Shown: positions 47,243-57,503, counted from the stretch's first letter. The stretch is DNA of 64,000 bases from Acidimicrobiaceae bacterium (GCA_003133325.1 PKXA01000063.1:18954-82953); one strand, 5' to 3'. The notes: a model not told the origin generated them from the letters alone. A program made the numbers and translations.

Positions 47243-48634
47243 ATGACCAGTCTCTCGCACGTCTTCAAGGCCTACGACATTCGGGGCATCGTCCCCGATG
47301 AGCTCAATGCCGACCAGTTCAGAGCCATTGGCGTTGCGGTGGCCCGCTTCACCGGTGCCCCCAGGCTGTTGGTGGCCAGAGACATGCGCGAATCCGGGGT
47401 TGAGCTGGCCAAGGCGTTCGCCGACGGGGCCCGGTCCGAAGGTGCGGCGGTGACTGATCTGGGCCTTGCCTCGACCGATCTTCTGTACTTTGCCGCCGGC
47501 AAGCTCGATGCCCCGGGAGCGATGTTCACCGCATCGCACAACCCGGCCCGTTACAACGGCTTGAAGCTCTGCCTGTCAGGAGCGCGACCGATCGGACGGG
47601 ATACCGGGCTGACCGAGATTCAGGCCATTGCCGAGGCACTCCTCGATGAGTGGGGCGCCGACGGCCCCCCGGCCCTCGAACCCTCCTCGCTGGCATACTT
47701 CGAAGAACGGTCGGTGCTCGACGATTACGCCGAACACGTCCGCTCCTTTGTCGACATCAATGCGCTCCGCACCCTGGTGGTGGTGGCGGACACCGCCAAC
47801 GGGATGGGTGGACTGGTGGCTCCCAAAGTCTTCGACGGACTGCCGTTCAAGGTGGAGTATCTCTTCCCCGAGTTGGATGGGAATTTCCCTAACCACCCCG
47901 CCGATCCCATTCAGCCGGAGAACTTGGCATGGTTGAAACAAGCAGTTCGCGACCTGGGTGCGGATATCGGACTTGCCTTCGACGGTGATGCCGACCGGGT
48001 CTTTCTGGTCGACGAGCACTCCCAGCCGGTGTCGGGCTCGTTGACCACCGCCTTGGTGGCGGCATCGATGTTGGACAAGCACCCTGGGGCCACGGTTCTC
48101 TACAATTGCATCTGCTCCCGGGTGGTGCCTGAAGTCATCGCCGAGAAGGGTGGCGTGGGCGTTCGCACCCAGGTGGGTCATTCCTTCATCAAGCAGATGA
48201 TGGCCGAGACCGACGCCGTCTTCGGTGGTGAGCACTCGGGCCACTACTACTTCCGAGAGAACTATCGGGCGGATTCGGGGATCATCGCCGCCTTGGTCGT
48301 GCTCGAGCTCCTGTCCGTTACGGGCAAGCCTCTTTCCGAGCTCCTGAAGCCGTATCAGCGCTACTCGGCGTCGGGGGAGATCAATGCCAAGGTGGCCGAT
48401 CCGGCCGGTGCCGTCGAAGCCATGGCCGCCGAAGTGGAGGCGGCCAAAGGAGCCCTTGGGATCGCCGACCGACTGGATGGGCTGACGGTTGACCGGGGCG
48501 ACTGGTGGTACAACCTCCGTCCCTCCAATACCGAGCCGCTGTTGCGTCTGAATGTGGAGGCACCCGACGACGAGTCCTGTGCCTGCCACGTAGAAGAGGT
48601 GCAGAACGCCGTGGCCCGCCTCACCGGCGGTTGA
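47243..48634 (+). CDS. Phosphomannomutase/phosphoglucomutase.
   Basis: Active-site TASHNPARYNG and the Mg loop FDGDADR. Confidence 0.9.
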   Translation: MTSLSHVFKAYDIRGIVPDELNADQFRAIGVAVARFTGAPRLLVARDMRESGVELAKAFADGARSEGAAVTDLGLASTDLLYFAAGKLDAPGAMFTASHNPARYNGLKLCLSGARPIGRDTGLTEIQAIAEALLDEWGADGPPALEPSSLAYFEERSVLDDYAEHVRSFVDINALRTLVVVADTANGMGGLVAPKVFDGLPFKVEYLFPELDGNFPNHPADPIQPENLAWLKQAVRDLGADIGLAFDGDADRVFLVDEHSQPVSGSLTTALVAASMLDKHPGATVLYNCICSRVVPEVIAEKGGVGVRTQVGHSFIKQMMAETDAVFGGEHSGHYYFRENYRADSGIIAALVVLELLSVTGKPLSELLKPYQRYSASGEINAKVADPAGAVEAMAAEVEAAKGALGIADRLDGLTVDRGDWWYNLRPSNTEPLLRLNVEAPDDESCACHVEEVQNAVARLTGG

Positions 48635-48696
48635 CCGACCAGCCCCGACGAACAGACCCATCCAGACCAACCAGTTGAACCGAGAGGAACCGCATC

Positions 48697-48942
48697 ATGA
48701 CGCTCGACCCCCTTCTGATCGATGTCCTGGCATGCCCCGAAGACAAGGGGCCGTTGCTGTATTTCGCCACCGAGGACCGGCTGTACAACCCCCGCCTGCA
48801 CCGCAGCTACGAGATTCGCGACGGGATCCCGGTGATGCTGATCGACGAGGCCACCGCCGTCGACGATGCTGAGCACTCCCGCCTCATGGCACTGGCCGAC
48901 TCCGGCGGCGCCCGCTCCACCGGCGGGTCCACCGGATCGTGA
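48697..48942 (+). CDS. Trm112-family small protein.
   Basis: LLIDVLACPEDKGPL...YEIRDGIPVMLIDEA. The SD is GAGAGGA. Confidence 0.8.
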   Translation: MTLDPLLIDVLACPEDKGPLLYFATEDRLYNPRLHRSYEIRDGIPVMLIDEATAVDDAEHSRLMALADSGGARSTGGSTGS

Positions 48943-50033
48943 CCCGACCGGCTCCCGGTAGGCCGCCTGTGGCGCCTTCCCCTTTTGGGGTGGACAGTCT
49001 TGACATGTGGGGTGCGACGGCCGGCCTTCCTGAACAGGTGGAAGCGGCGGCGGTCGCTGCCAGGGGAGTGGGCGGCCTGCCCAGCCGCGATCAGATCGAA
49101 AACGTCGTGGTTCTCGGCATGGGTGGAAGCGGGATCGCCGGCGATGTGGTGGTGGCAGCAGCAGCTCCGTTCATGTCGGTTCCGGTCACCGTTGTGAAGG
49201 GGTACGAGCTCCCCGACTTTGTGGGAGCGAGCTCACTGGTGTTCGCCATTTCGTTCTCGGGTGATACCGAGGAAACGCTCGAGGCCGGCACCGCGGCGTA
49301 TGAGTCGGGTGCCGCCATGGTGGTGGTGGCCAGTGGTGGCGAGTTGGGCCGACTGGCCGGCGAGTGGCACGTCCCGGTGATCGGGGTTCCCACGAGCATT
49401 CCGCAGCCCCGCGCCGCTTTTGGCGCCATGGCCATTCCCCCGCTGGTGGTGCTGGAGGAGATCGGGCTGTTCCCCGGAGCCGTCCAGTGGATCAACCAGG
49501 CGGTTGATCAGCTCCGCCGGCGCCGCGACCAACTGGTGAAGCCTGGGAATCTGGCCGAGGACGTGGCTCGCCGCATCGGGCGGACGATCCCCTTGATCCA
49601 TAGTTCACAGGCCGTGGGTGCGGCTGCCGCCCTTCGGTGGAAAACCCAGGTCAATGAGAATGCCAAGGCGCCGGCCTTCTTCAACGTCTATCCCGAGCTC
49701 TGCCACAACGAGATCGCCGGGTGGGGCCAGCACGGTGATGTCACCCGCCAGTTGATCACCTTGGTCAACCTGCGTCACGATGCCGAGCACCCCCAGGTCA
49801 CCCGCCGGTTCGATCTGGTTGCCGAGGTGCTGCGCGAGGTGGTGTCCGGCATCATCGAGGTGCGGGCGGATGGCGAAGGCGACCTTGCTCAACTCTTCGA
49901 TCTGGCCATTGTCGGCGATTTTGTCTCGCTCCACATGGCCGGTCACGAAGACATCGACCCAGGTCCGATTCCGGTGCTGGTCGAGATCAAAGAACGTCTG
50001 GCCGAGGACGTGAGTCCCGGTGGCGAAGACTGA
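48939..50033 (+). CDS. SIS-domain bifunctional phosphoglucose/phosphomannose isomerase.
   Basis: GTGA overlap with the upstream gene. Motifs VVLGMGGSGIAGD and ISFSGDTEET. Confidence 0.8.
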   Translation: MTRPAPGRPPVAPSPFGVDSLDMWGATAGLPEQVEAAAVAARGVGGLPSRDQIENVVVLGMGGSGIAGDVVVAAAAPFMSVPVTVVKGYELPDFVGASSLVFAISFSGDTEETLEAGTAAYESGAAMVVVASGGELGRLAGEWHVPVIGVPTSIPQPRAAFGAMAIPPLVVLEEIGLFPGAVQWINQAVDQLRRRRDQLVKPGNLAEDVARRIGRTIPLIHSSQAVGAAAALRWKTQVNENAKAPAFFNVYPELCHNEIAGWGQHGDVTRQLITLVNLRHDAEHPQVTRRFDLVAEVLREVVSGIIEVRADGEGDLAQLFDLAIVGDFVSLHMAGHEDIDPGPIPVLVEIKERLAEDVSPGGED

Positions 50034-50628
50034 TTCACCAGGGTTGTCGTCCGAACAGGGTTGGTGATCCAAGCCCGGTTCGTGATGGTCACACCGCAGG
50101 TGGCCTCCTGCCCAAGATCGTGTGTTGCGAGCGTGTGACGGCTACGTGGCGACCTCGTGAACTCGTGACATTGCCAGTGGAAATTGGGTTCTGCGGAGGT
50201 AGACTGTCCCACGTGAGCTACGTGCGGGTCTGTGGTTGCAAGTCGATGCCAGTCGCAGGCGAAACGACCCACGTAAGGCAACTAGTGGTTGCTGAGCATG
50301 GTGCGGCTTAGGAGTAAGCCCTGCCCGTGGCGTTCCCGGTTGTCGGGGGCGAACGGAGATGAGGTGACGCGTGCCATTTACGGTGCCGAAGGGTTCACGA
50401 CCGCTCACCGGTCGGTGCCGCCGGAACCAGGCCGCCATTCTCACCGCAGGCGAGTGTGGGGTCAAAGACCAGGTCAGCCGCTCGTAGGTCACAATCCATC
50501 TCGTGCCGGTTCTTCCGGTACGACCTCATCCACAACCCAGACAGCACCCATCCAACCCACGACCGATTAGGAGTACCGGCCGACCACATCAGCAACAACC
50601 AAAGCAACACGACTTGGGAGGGAAGCAA

Positions 50629-50988
50629 GTGAACGTTGTCATCGCAAACGGCAGAAGGATAGTGCCCAACGACGTACGGGCGCTGGTAGAGGAGAAGGTG
50701 GGCAGACTGCTCAGGCACTGCCCGGGTCTCGAACGAGCCGAAGTGCACTTCTCCGAGGAACACAACCCGAGGATCCCCGATCGTGAGTGTTGCGAAGTCA
50801 TCATGACGGGCCATGGTCGGGTCTTCCGTGCTCATGCTTCTGCCCCCGATCCGTTGGTGGCTGTGGACTTCGTGGTGGAAAAGCTCGAGAACCAGCTCGA
50901 GAAGACCAAGGGCCGGATAGTGGGTCGTCCCCACCCCAGCCGACGAGGTCAGGTGCAGACGATACGGGCCAGAGTTCGAACTGCTTGA
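50629..50988 (+). CDS. hpf: Ribosome hibernation factor, short form (HPF/RaiA N-domain only).
   Basis: GTG follows GGGAGGGAAGCAA. The sequence is VRALVEEKVGRLLRH...AEVHFSEE...FVVEKLENQLEKTKGR, 119 aa. Confidence 0.8.
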   Translation: MNVVIANGRRIVPNDVRALVEEKVGRLLRHCPGLERAEVHFSEEHNPRIPDRECCEVIMTGHGRVFRAHASAPDPLVAVDFVVEKLENQLEKTKGRIVGRPHPSRRGQVQTIRARVRTA

Positions 50989-51119
50989 ACTCGGCCGAAT
51001 CTGAGGGGGCACCCTCGGTATGGCGAGGTGTCGGCTGACAGGTCTTGGTTGAGTTGGCTGATGGCTGATGACCTCCCCGGGAGAGAAAGAACGCGTCCCG
51101 ACGGTAGAGTGATGAGCCC

Positions 51120-53900
51120 ATGAGTGTGTTCACGAAGGTTCTTCGCGCTGGCGAGGGAAAAAAAGTACGTCGTCTGGCCGAGCTGGTTCCGCTGGTCAAC
51201 GCTCTCGAACCGGAGATCGAGGCTCTTTCTGACGATGAGTTGCGGGCATGTACCCCCAAGTTCCGGGAGCGCCTGGCCAACGGTGAGAGTTACGAGGACA
51301 TCCTGGTCGAGGCGTTTGCCGTCGTACGGGAAGGGGCATGGCGGGTGCTCGGCCAACGGCACTTCGACGCGCAGCTGATGGGGGGGATGGCGCTGCACTT
51401 CGGATGGATTGCCGAAATGAAGACCGGAGAGGGGAAGACGCTGGTTTCCACGCTGCCGGTCTATCTCAATTCGCTGTCCGGTAAAGGCGTCCATGTTGTG
51501 ACGGTCAATGACTACCTGGCCTCACGTGACTCGGAGTGGATGGGACGACTCCATACCTTCCTGGGCCTCACGGTGGGGCGGGTGGGACCGGACGTAGAGG
51601 ATGCGGCGGCCAAGCGAGCCGCCTATGCGTCCGATGTCACCTATGGGACCAACACCGAGTTCGGTTTCGACTACCTCCGCGACAACATGGCCCGCACCAA
51701 GGACGCCATGGTGCAGCGGGGGCACCCGTACGCCATCGTGGACGAGGTCGACTCCATCCTCATCGACGAGGCCCGCACCCCACTGATCATTTCTGGCCCG
51801 GCCGCCGAGTCGGCCAAGCTCTACTACCAGTTCGCCGGCATCGTCAGGACGTTGCGGAACGAGGAAGATTACGAGGTCGACGAGGAAAAGCGCACCGTCG
51901 TCCCCACCGAGGCAGGTATCGAGAAGGTCGAACGCCAACTGGGCGTGGACAACCTCTACGATGCGGTGGCGGTCAACTACGTCCATCACCTCACCCAGGC
52001 CATGTACGCCAAAGAGCTCTACCGGCGGGACAAGGACTACCTGATAGCCGAAGGGGAGGTGAAGATTGTTGACGAGTTCACCGGTCGTACCCTCGATGGG
52101 CGGCGGTGGTCCGACGGTCTCCATCAGGCGGTCGAAGCCAAAGAGCGGGTCCGGATCAATGAGGAGAATCACACCTGGGCCACGGTGACACTTCAGAACT
52201 ATTTCCGGCTCTACCAGAAGCTCGCCGGCATGACGGGAACGGCGGAGACAGAGGCTTCCGAGTTTGCCAATACCTATGACCTTCCCGTAGTCCCGATCCC
52301 TACCAACAAGCCTATGGTCCGGATCGACAATCCCGACCTCGTCTACAAGTCGGAGGATGCCAAGTTCAACGCCGTGGTCGAGGACATCGCGGAACGCCGC
52401 GCCACCGGCCAGCCCATCTTGGTGGGGACGGCCTCAGTGTCCAAATCGGAGCATCTGGCCCGGCTGTTGGAGAAAAAGGGAATCCCACACGAGGTGCTCA
52501 ATGCCAAGCAGCACTTCCGGGAGGCGGAGATCGTCGCCCAAGCCGGACGGGTGGGCGGTGTGACAGTGGCCACCAACATGGCCGGCCGTGGGGTCGACAT
52601 CATCCTCGGTGGCAATGCCGAAGGATTGGCCGCTCGTGAGGCGAATGCTCGTGGTCTCGATCTCTCCACCGACGAAGGTGCCACTGAGCTGGCGAAGATC
52701 CGCGCCGAATTCGAAGCAACCTGCACCCGGGAGGGCGCCGAAGTACGCGAGGCGGGCGGGCTCTACGTCCTGGGTAGCGAGCGGCACGAGAGCCGGCGAA
52801 TCGACAATCAGCTCCGAGGTCGTTCGGGTCGCCAGGGTGACCCGGGGGAGAGTCGGTTCTTCCTGTCGCTCGAAGACGACCTGATGCGCCTCTTTGCCAC
52901 CGGAGCCATGAACTGGGTCATGGGTCGGGCCATTCCCGACGACGTCCCCATCGAGGCGAAAATGGTGACCAAGGCCATTGAGCGGGCGCAGAACACCGTC
53001 GAGGGTCGCAACGCCGAATCGCGCAAGGACGTGCTCAAGTACGACGATGTGATGAACGAGCAGCGCAAGGTGATCTACAAGCGCCGCCTGCAGATCATCG
53101 AGGGCGAGGATCTCCACGAGGAAACCAAGGAACTGCTCGAGTCCACCATCACCGGTTTGGTCGCCTCCTCGTGCCCGACCGACTACCCCGAAGAGTGGGA
53201 GCTGGCCCGATTGATCACGGAGATCGCCCAGTACTACCCCACCAAGTTTGTGGAAGAGGACCTGGCCGAGGCCACCACCGCAGGTCAGGTGACCGAGAGC
53301 GTCCTCTCCGAGGCGCTCGACCTCTACACCGAGCGGGACGAGACGATCCCCGGCGGGGAGGAGACGGCCCGCCAACTCGAGCGGGACATCATGCTGCAGA
53401 TCCTCGACCAGAGATGGCGCGACCATCTGGCGGAAATGGACCTGCTGCGGGAAGGCATCAACCTGCGGGCCATGGGTAATCAGGACCCTCTGGTGGCATG
53501 GCAACGGGATGGCTTCGAGATGTTCGGGAAGCTGATGACCGGCATCGACGACGATTACCTCCGTTACGTCTTCCACGTGCAGGTCATGACCGAGGCCGCC
53601 CCCGAGCCGGACCTCGCCCAAGCCAGCTATATCGCCGCCGACGACCCGGTGCAGGGGAGCGGGTCGATGTCGGCCGCGTTCGCGGCCGGGGCAACGCCGG
53701 CGGAGATAGAAGAATCTGCCGGTGGTATCGGTGGTGGGGCCGGGGGCGGTGGTGGGGCCGCAGGGGTGACCAACCGGTTCGCCGATGGGAACGAGACCCA
53801 GGCTCCCATCGTGAAATCCGACAAGGAAAAAGTGGGTCGCAACGACCCGTGTTGGTGTGGCAGCGGGAAGAAGTACAAGTTCTGCCACGGCGCTAACTGA
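51120..53900 (+). CDS. secA: Preprotein translocase ATPase SecA.
   Basis: MKTGEGKT, DEVDSILIDEARTPLIISG, and TNMAGRGVDI. The C-terminal Zn finger is CWCGSGKKYKFCHG. Confidence 0.97.
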   Translation: MSVFTKVLRAGEGKKVRRLAELVPLVNALEPEIEALSDDELRACTPKFRERLANGESYEDILVEAFAVVREGAWRVLGQRHFDAQLMGGMALHFGWIAEMKTGEGKTLVSTLPVYLNSLSGKGVHVVTVNDYLASRDSEWMGRLHTFLGLTVGRVGPDVEDAAAKRAAYASDVTYGTNTEFGFDYLRDNMARTKDAMVQRGHPYAIVDEVDSILIDEARTPLIISGPAAESAKLYYQFAGIVRTLRNEEDYEVDEEKRTVVPTEAGIEKVERQLGVDNLYDAVAVNYVHHLTQAMYAKELYRRDKDYLIAEGEVKIVDEFTGRTLDGRRWSDGLHQAVEAKERVRINEENHTWATVTLQNYFRLYQKLAGMTGTAETEASEFANTYDLPVVPIPTNKPMVRIDNPDLVYKSEDAKFNAVVEDIAERRATGQPILVGTASVSKSEHLARLLEKKGIPHEVLNAKQHFREAEIVAQAGRVGGVTVATNMAGRGVDIILGGNAEGLAAREANARGLDLSTDEGATELAKIRAEFEATCTREGAEVREAGGLYVLGSERHESRRIDNQLRGRSGRQGDPGESRFFLSLEDDLMRLFATGAMNWVMGRAIPDDVPIEAKMVTKAIERAQNTVEGRNAESRKDVLKYDDVMNEQRKVIYKRRLQIIEGEDLHEETKELLESTITGLVASSCPTDYPEEWELARLITEIAQYYPTKFVEEDLAEATTAGQVTESVLSEALDLYTERDETIPGGEETARQLERDIMLQILDQRWRDHLAEMDLLREGINLRAMGNQDPLVAWQRDGFEMFGKLMTGIDDDYLRYVFHVQVMTEAAPEPDLAQASYIAADDPVQGSGSMSAAFAAGATPAEIEESAGGIGGGAGGGGGAAGVTNRFADGNETQAPIVKSDKEKVGRNDPCWCGSGKKYKFCHGAN

Positions 53901-53901
53901 G

Positions 53902-55062
53902 ATGGCCGCGGCCGAGCCTTCCCGGCGGGGGGGCGGGGATCCCGACCGAGTCGACATTCGTGCGACGATCGCATCGACTACCGACCGTCTGCGGGAAGCC
54001 GAGCATTTCCTGGGACTGGACCGGCTCCAGAAGCGACGAGTCGAGCTCGAGGCCGCAGCGTCGGCACCCGACCTGTGGGACGATCCCGACAACGCGCGCA
54101 GCGTCACTACTGAACTGGGGCGGATCAGCGAAGACATGGACATGCTGGCGGCCTTGGCGGAACGCCTGTCGGATGCCGAGACCCTCTTCGAGATGAATGA
54201 AGAAGAAGGTGACGACTCCCTGCGTCCTGAAGTCGAAGAATCCTTGGCCGACCTTGATCGCCGGCTGGGCTCCTTGGAGCTGCGGGCGTTGTTCGCCGGA
54301 GACCACGATGACCGTGATGCGGTAGCCGAAATCCACGCTGGCGCCGGTGGCACCGACGCCCAGGACTGGGCCGAGATGATGTTGCGCATGTACTCCCGCT
54401 GGGCAGAGCGACGTGGCTTCGAGATCGAGGTGGAAGAGGCGACCCCTGGTCAGGAGGCCGGATTGTTGTCGGCCACCTTCATCGTGAAGGGCCGGTACGC
54501 CTTCGGGATGCTGGCCGCGGAGCGGGGGGTGCACCGCCTGGTGCGAATTTCGCCTTTCGACGCGCAGCATCGCCGGCAGACGAGTTTCGCATCGCTCGAC
54601 GTGGTGCCCTTTCTCGAGGATGTCTCGGATGAGGTCGACATCGACGAGAAAGATCTACGTATCGACACGTACCGCTCTTCGGGGGCCGGAGGTCAGCACG
54701 TGAACAAGACGGACTCCGCGGTACGCCTCACCCATCTTCCGACCGGCATTGTGGTGTCGTGCCAGAACCAGCGGAGCCAGCACCAGAACAAGGCCAAGGC
54801 GATGCAGGTTCTGGGGGCCAAACTGGCCGAACGCCAACGGGCCGAACATCGGGCCACCCTCGAAGCGCTGTCCGGAGATCGCACCGACAACGCTTGGGGA
54901 AATCAGATCCGGTCCTACGTCATGGCTCCCTACCAACTCGTGAAGGACCTCCGTAGCAACGAGGAGACCGGAAACGTCGAAGCAGTGCTCGACGGTGACC
55001 TCGACGCCTTTATGGAGGCGGAACTGCGGCGACAGGCCGACCTGCGCCGGCACCAGGGTTGA
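53902..55062 (+). CDS. prfB: Peptide chain release factor 2 (single uninterrupted frame).
   Basis: The SPF tripeptide in RISPFDA and GGQ in SGAGGQHVNKT. The ATG is 2 nt after the secA stop. Confidence 0.93.
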   Translation: MAAAEPSRRGGGDPDRVDIRATIASTTDRLREAEHFLGLDRLQKRRVELEAAASAPDLWDDPDNARSVTTELGRISEDMDMLAALAERLSDAETLFEMNEEEGDDSLRPEVEESLADLDRRLGSLELRALFAGDHDDRDAVAEIHAGAGGTDAQDWAEMMLRMYSRWAERRGFEIEVEEATPGQEAGLLSATFIVKGRYAFGMLAAERGVHRLVRISPFDAQHRRQTSFASLDVVPFLEDVSDEVDIDEKDLRIDTYRSSGAGGQHVNKTDSAVRLTHLPTGIVVSCQNQRSQHQNKAKAMQVLGAKLAERQRAEHRATLEALSGDRTDNAWGNQIRSYVMAPYQLVKDLRSNEETGNVEAVLDGDLDAFMEAELRRQADLRRHQG

Positions 55063-55126
55063 GGGTGACGCTGGGTGCGGCGGACGGTGGAGCGCTCGGT
55101 ACGGCGGTAACCACGCGGCGACTCTG

Positions 55127-55591
55127 ATGATTCGGGGCATCGAGGGTTTCCATGTGGGCGACGACGGTGACTGGGTGGCAGAAATGTCGTGCCTTCACAA
55201 CCAGCACATCCGCCACCGACCGCCATTCCGGAATCGACCATGGATCAACGACGACGCCGAACGTAACGGGCACGTGGGCTCTTCGATCGAGTGCCCGCTC
55301 TGTGACCGGGCCGAGATGCCCGAAGGCCTCGCATTACTCAGCGCTGCAGGCCCTTGGGACCAAGACAGCCTGCCGAAGGGATTGCGTGGTTCACATCGGA
55401 CGGCGGAACGGGTGTGGGGGTTGCTCCGGGTCACCGAGGGTGAGGTCGCATTTCAGATGGAGACCGTTCCTGTCCTCGACGTGCACCTTTCTGCCGGTTC
55501 GTCGCAACCCATTCCACCCGGAATCTCACACAAGGTTGTCATCGTCGGCCCGGTTCGCCTGGTGGTCGAGTTCTGGGGAGAACCTCAATGA
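55127..55591 (+). CDS. DUF3565 + DUF1971 (TehB-N/YeaR-like) small protein.
   Basis: DWVAEMSCLHNQHIRHRPPFRNRPW, ECPLCDR and HRTAERVWGLLRVTEGEVAFQ. Confidence 0.65.
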   Translation: MIRGIEGFHVGDDGDWVAEMSCLHNQHIRHRPPFRNRPWINDDAERNGHVGSSIECPLCDRAEMPEGLALLSAAGPWDQDSLPKGLRGSHRTAERVWGLLRVTEGEVAFQMETVPVLDVHLSAGSSQPIPPGISHKVVIVGPVRLVVEFWGEPQ

Positions 55592-55711
55592 GGTTGCGCG
55601 CGTCAGGGGAGGTCAGAGGGGCTGCACCAATTGTCGGCACCAGGCCGGTAAGCTTCAGCGGACTCAAGGCACCTTGCAACGCAATCCCGTTTCAACCCTG
55701 ACCATTCCCTT

Positions 55712-56542
55712 ATGATCACGTTCCAAAACGTCACCAAAACCTACAAAGGGTCAACAGTCGCACTCCGGGACTGTTCGATCGACATCGACAAAGGCGAGTT
55801 CGTCTTCCTCGTAGGCCCTTCCGGTTCGGGCAAGACGACCTTCATTCGGTTGCTTCTGCGCGAGGAGATTCCCAGCTCGGGCCGAATTTGGGAAGCCGGC
55901 AAAGAGATCGGGCACCTTTCGAAATGGCGCATCCCGTACTTGCGACGAAATATCGGGTGCGTGTTCCAGGACTTCCGGTTGCTCCCAAACAGGACAGTCT
56001 TTGAGAATGTGGCCTTTGCGCTCGAGGTGATCGGACGACCCAAGCACGTGATCGCCTCGCAGGTACCGCAGGTGCTCGATCTGGTCGGCCTCACCAAGAA
56101 GAGCGGGAATCTGCCCGGAGAGCTCTCGGGTGGTGAACAACAGCGAGTGGCCGTGGCTCGGGCGTTCGTGAATCGACCCCTGATTCTTCTGGCCGACGAA
56201 CCCACCGGTAACCTCGATCCGACCACCAGCCTCGGCATCATGCGGCTTCTCGACCGGATCAATCGAACTGGGACCACGGTCGTCGTCGCCACCCACGATG
56301 CCGGCATGGTCGACCAGATGCGCCGACGGGTCATCGAGTTGGACCACGGGACCATGGTGCGAGATCAGGCTCGCGGCATGTATGGCCTCGATAGTGCGGT
56401 GTCCGCAGCCGGTGCCGGATCTCCGACCGGAACCATCATGGAGCCCTCTACGGCTCCCGTAGCCAGGCCTGGCGCTCAGGCACCGATCCCCGGCCTTGCA
56501 GACTCGGCGGACCGACCCGGTCGCCGTGGCGTGGAGAGCTGA
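55712..56542 (+). CDS. ftsE: Cell-division ABC ATPase FtsE (with a ~50-aa C-terminal extension).
   Basis: [23 protein letters not shown] and [11 protein letters not shown]. Confidence 0.92.
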   Translation: MITFQNVTKTYKGSTVALRDCSIDIDKGEFVFLVGPSGSGKTTFIRLLLREEIPSSGRIWEAGKEIGHLSKWRIPYLRRNIGCVFQDFRLLPNRTVFENVAFALEVIGRPKHVIASQVPQVLDLVGLTKKSGNLPGELSGGEQQRVAVARAFVNRPLILLADEPTGNLDPTTSLGIMRLLDRINRTGTTVVVATHDAGMVDQMRRRVIELDHGTMVRDQARGMYGLDSAVSAAGAGSPTGTIMEPSTAPVARPGAQAPIPGLADSADRPGRRGVES

Positions 56543-57435
56543 TGCCGGTCTCTGCCGGATACGTTGCACGCGAGGCCACCACCAATCTGTGGCGAAATCG
56601 CCTCATGACCGCGGCCGCGGTGCTCACGGTGGCGGTATCCCTGGCTCTGGTGGGTTCCGCTCTGCTGTTGAAGCAGGGAGCGACGAATGCGACTGTGCAT
56701 TGGCAGCACGGGGTCAATGTCGCGGTCTGGGTGAATGGCGACGCCAGTCCGGCGCAGTATCACGCCATCGGAGCCGAGTTGGCCCAGAACCCCCTAGTGA
56801 AGAGCTGTATTGCCCGCTCCCAGGCTTACGACTACAACGAAGCCAGGCAAACTGTTGCCGCCGACGAGTTCAACGCCACTCAGCAGTCCGACTATCCGTC
56901 GTCGTATCGGTGTGTCCTCCAGAATCCATCTGATGCCACCGCGGTGGTTCAGCAGTTCACTGGTAAACCGGGCATCTTCGGGACACCATCATCACCGACC
57001 GCCCAGATCAGGACCATGGAGAGCGTGATCCATATTCTGCAATGGGTCTTTCTGTCCGTGGCGGTGGTGCTGTTGCTCTCAGCCTCGGTGCTCATTCTCA
57101 ACACGATCCGCATGGCCATCTTCGCCCGTAGGCGTGAGGTCTCGGTGATGAAGTTGGTCGGTGCGACCAACTGGTTCATCCGGCTCCCCTTCATGGCGGA
57201 AGGTCTGATTCAGGGGTTGCTCGGCTCGGCTGTCGCCGTATTGGTAGTACTCGGTCTCTACTGGGGCATCGGGCTCGACACCACCAAGACAGCTGCCAAT
57301 CAGGGCAACCTGATTGCACAAATGTCGATGGGGACCTGGGAAGTCGCTGCCACGTGCATCTTGGTTGGCGTGGTGGGCATCGGTGTAGGTGTGGCCGGTT
57401 CGGCGTTGGCTGTTCGGCGCTTCCTCGACGTTTAG
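56542..57435 (+). CDS. ftsX: Cell-division permease-like protein FtsX.
   Basis: TGATG junction with ftsE. The layout is TM1, a periplasmic domain, then three C-terminal TMs. Motif MKLVGATNWFIRLPF. Confidence 0.88.
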   Translation: MPVSAGYVAREATTNLWRNRLMTAAAVLTVAVSLALVGSALLLKQGATNATVHWQHGVNVAVWVNGDASPAQYHAIGAELAQNPLVKSCIARSQAYDYNEARQTVAADEFNATQQSDYPSSYRCVLQNPSDATAVVQQFTGKPGIFGTPSSPTAQIRTMESVIHILQWVFLSVAVVLLLSASVLILNTIRMAIFARRREVSVMKLVGATNWFIRLPFMAEGLIQGLLGSAVAVLVVLGLYWGIGLDTTKTAANQGNLIAQMSMGTWEVAATCILVGVVGIGVGVAGSALAVRRFLDV

Positions 57436-57477
57436 CCCGTTCGTCTGCGCCATCGGAAACCCGGTGTTTCTCAGGAG

Positions 57478-57503
57478 ACGGCAAACGGCAAACGGCAAAC
57501 GGC
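57478..57503. repeat. Intergenic heptamer tandem repeat (GCAAACG, 3 copies plus partial copies).
   Basis: ACG GCAAACG GCAAACG GCAAACG GC, lying between the convergent ftsX and lipase genes. Confidence 0.85.

Noticed and set aside
50355-50485. SRP-RNA-like or c-di-AMP-riboswitch-like strings (GACGCGTGCC, ACCAGGTCAGCC, CTCGTAGG).
   Set aside because: The pieces occur in the wrong order and spacing for 4.5S RNA. The GGAAGCAGC core is missing, and the resemblance to ydaO is limited to a few nucleotides. I kept only the generic call of a possible structured RNA.
52434-54389. 651-aa ORF antisense to secA/prfB.
   Set aside because: It is antisense to two highly conserved genes and has no recognisable domain. 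It is a GC-rich shadow ORF.
53857-55062. Programmed +1 frameshift site in prfB.
   Set aside because: RF2 is encoded here in one uninterrupted frame containing SPF and GGQ. There is no in-frame early UGA preceded by an internal SD, so no recoding is needed.
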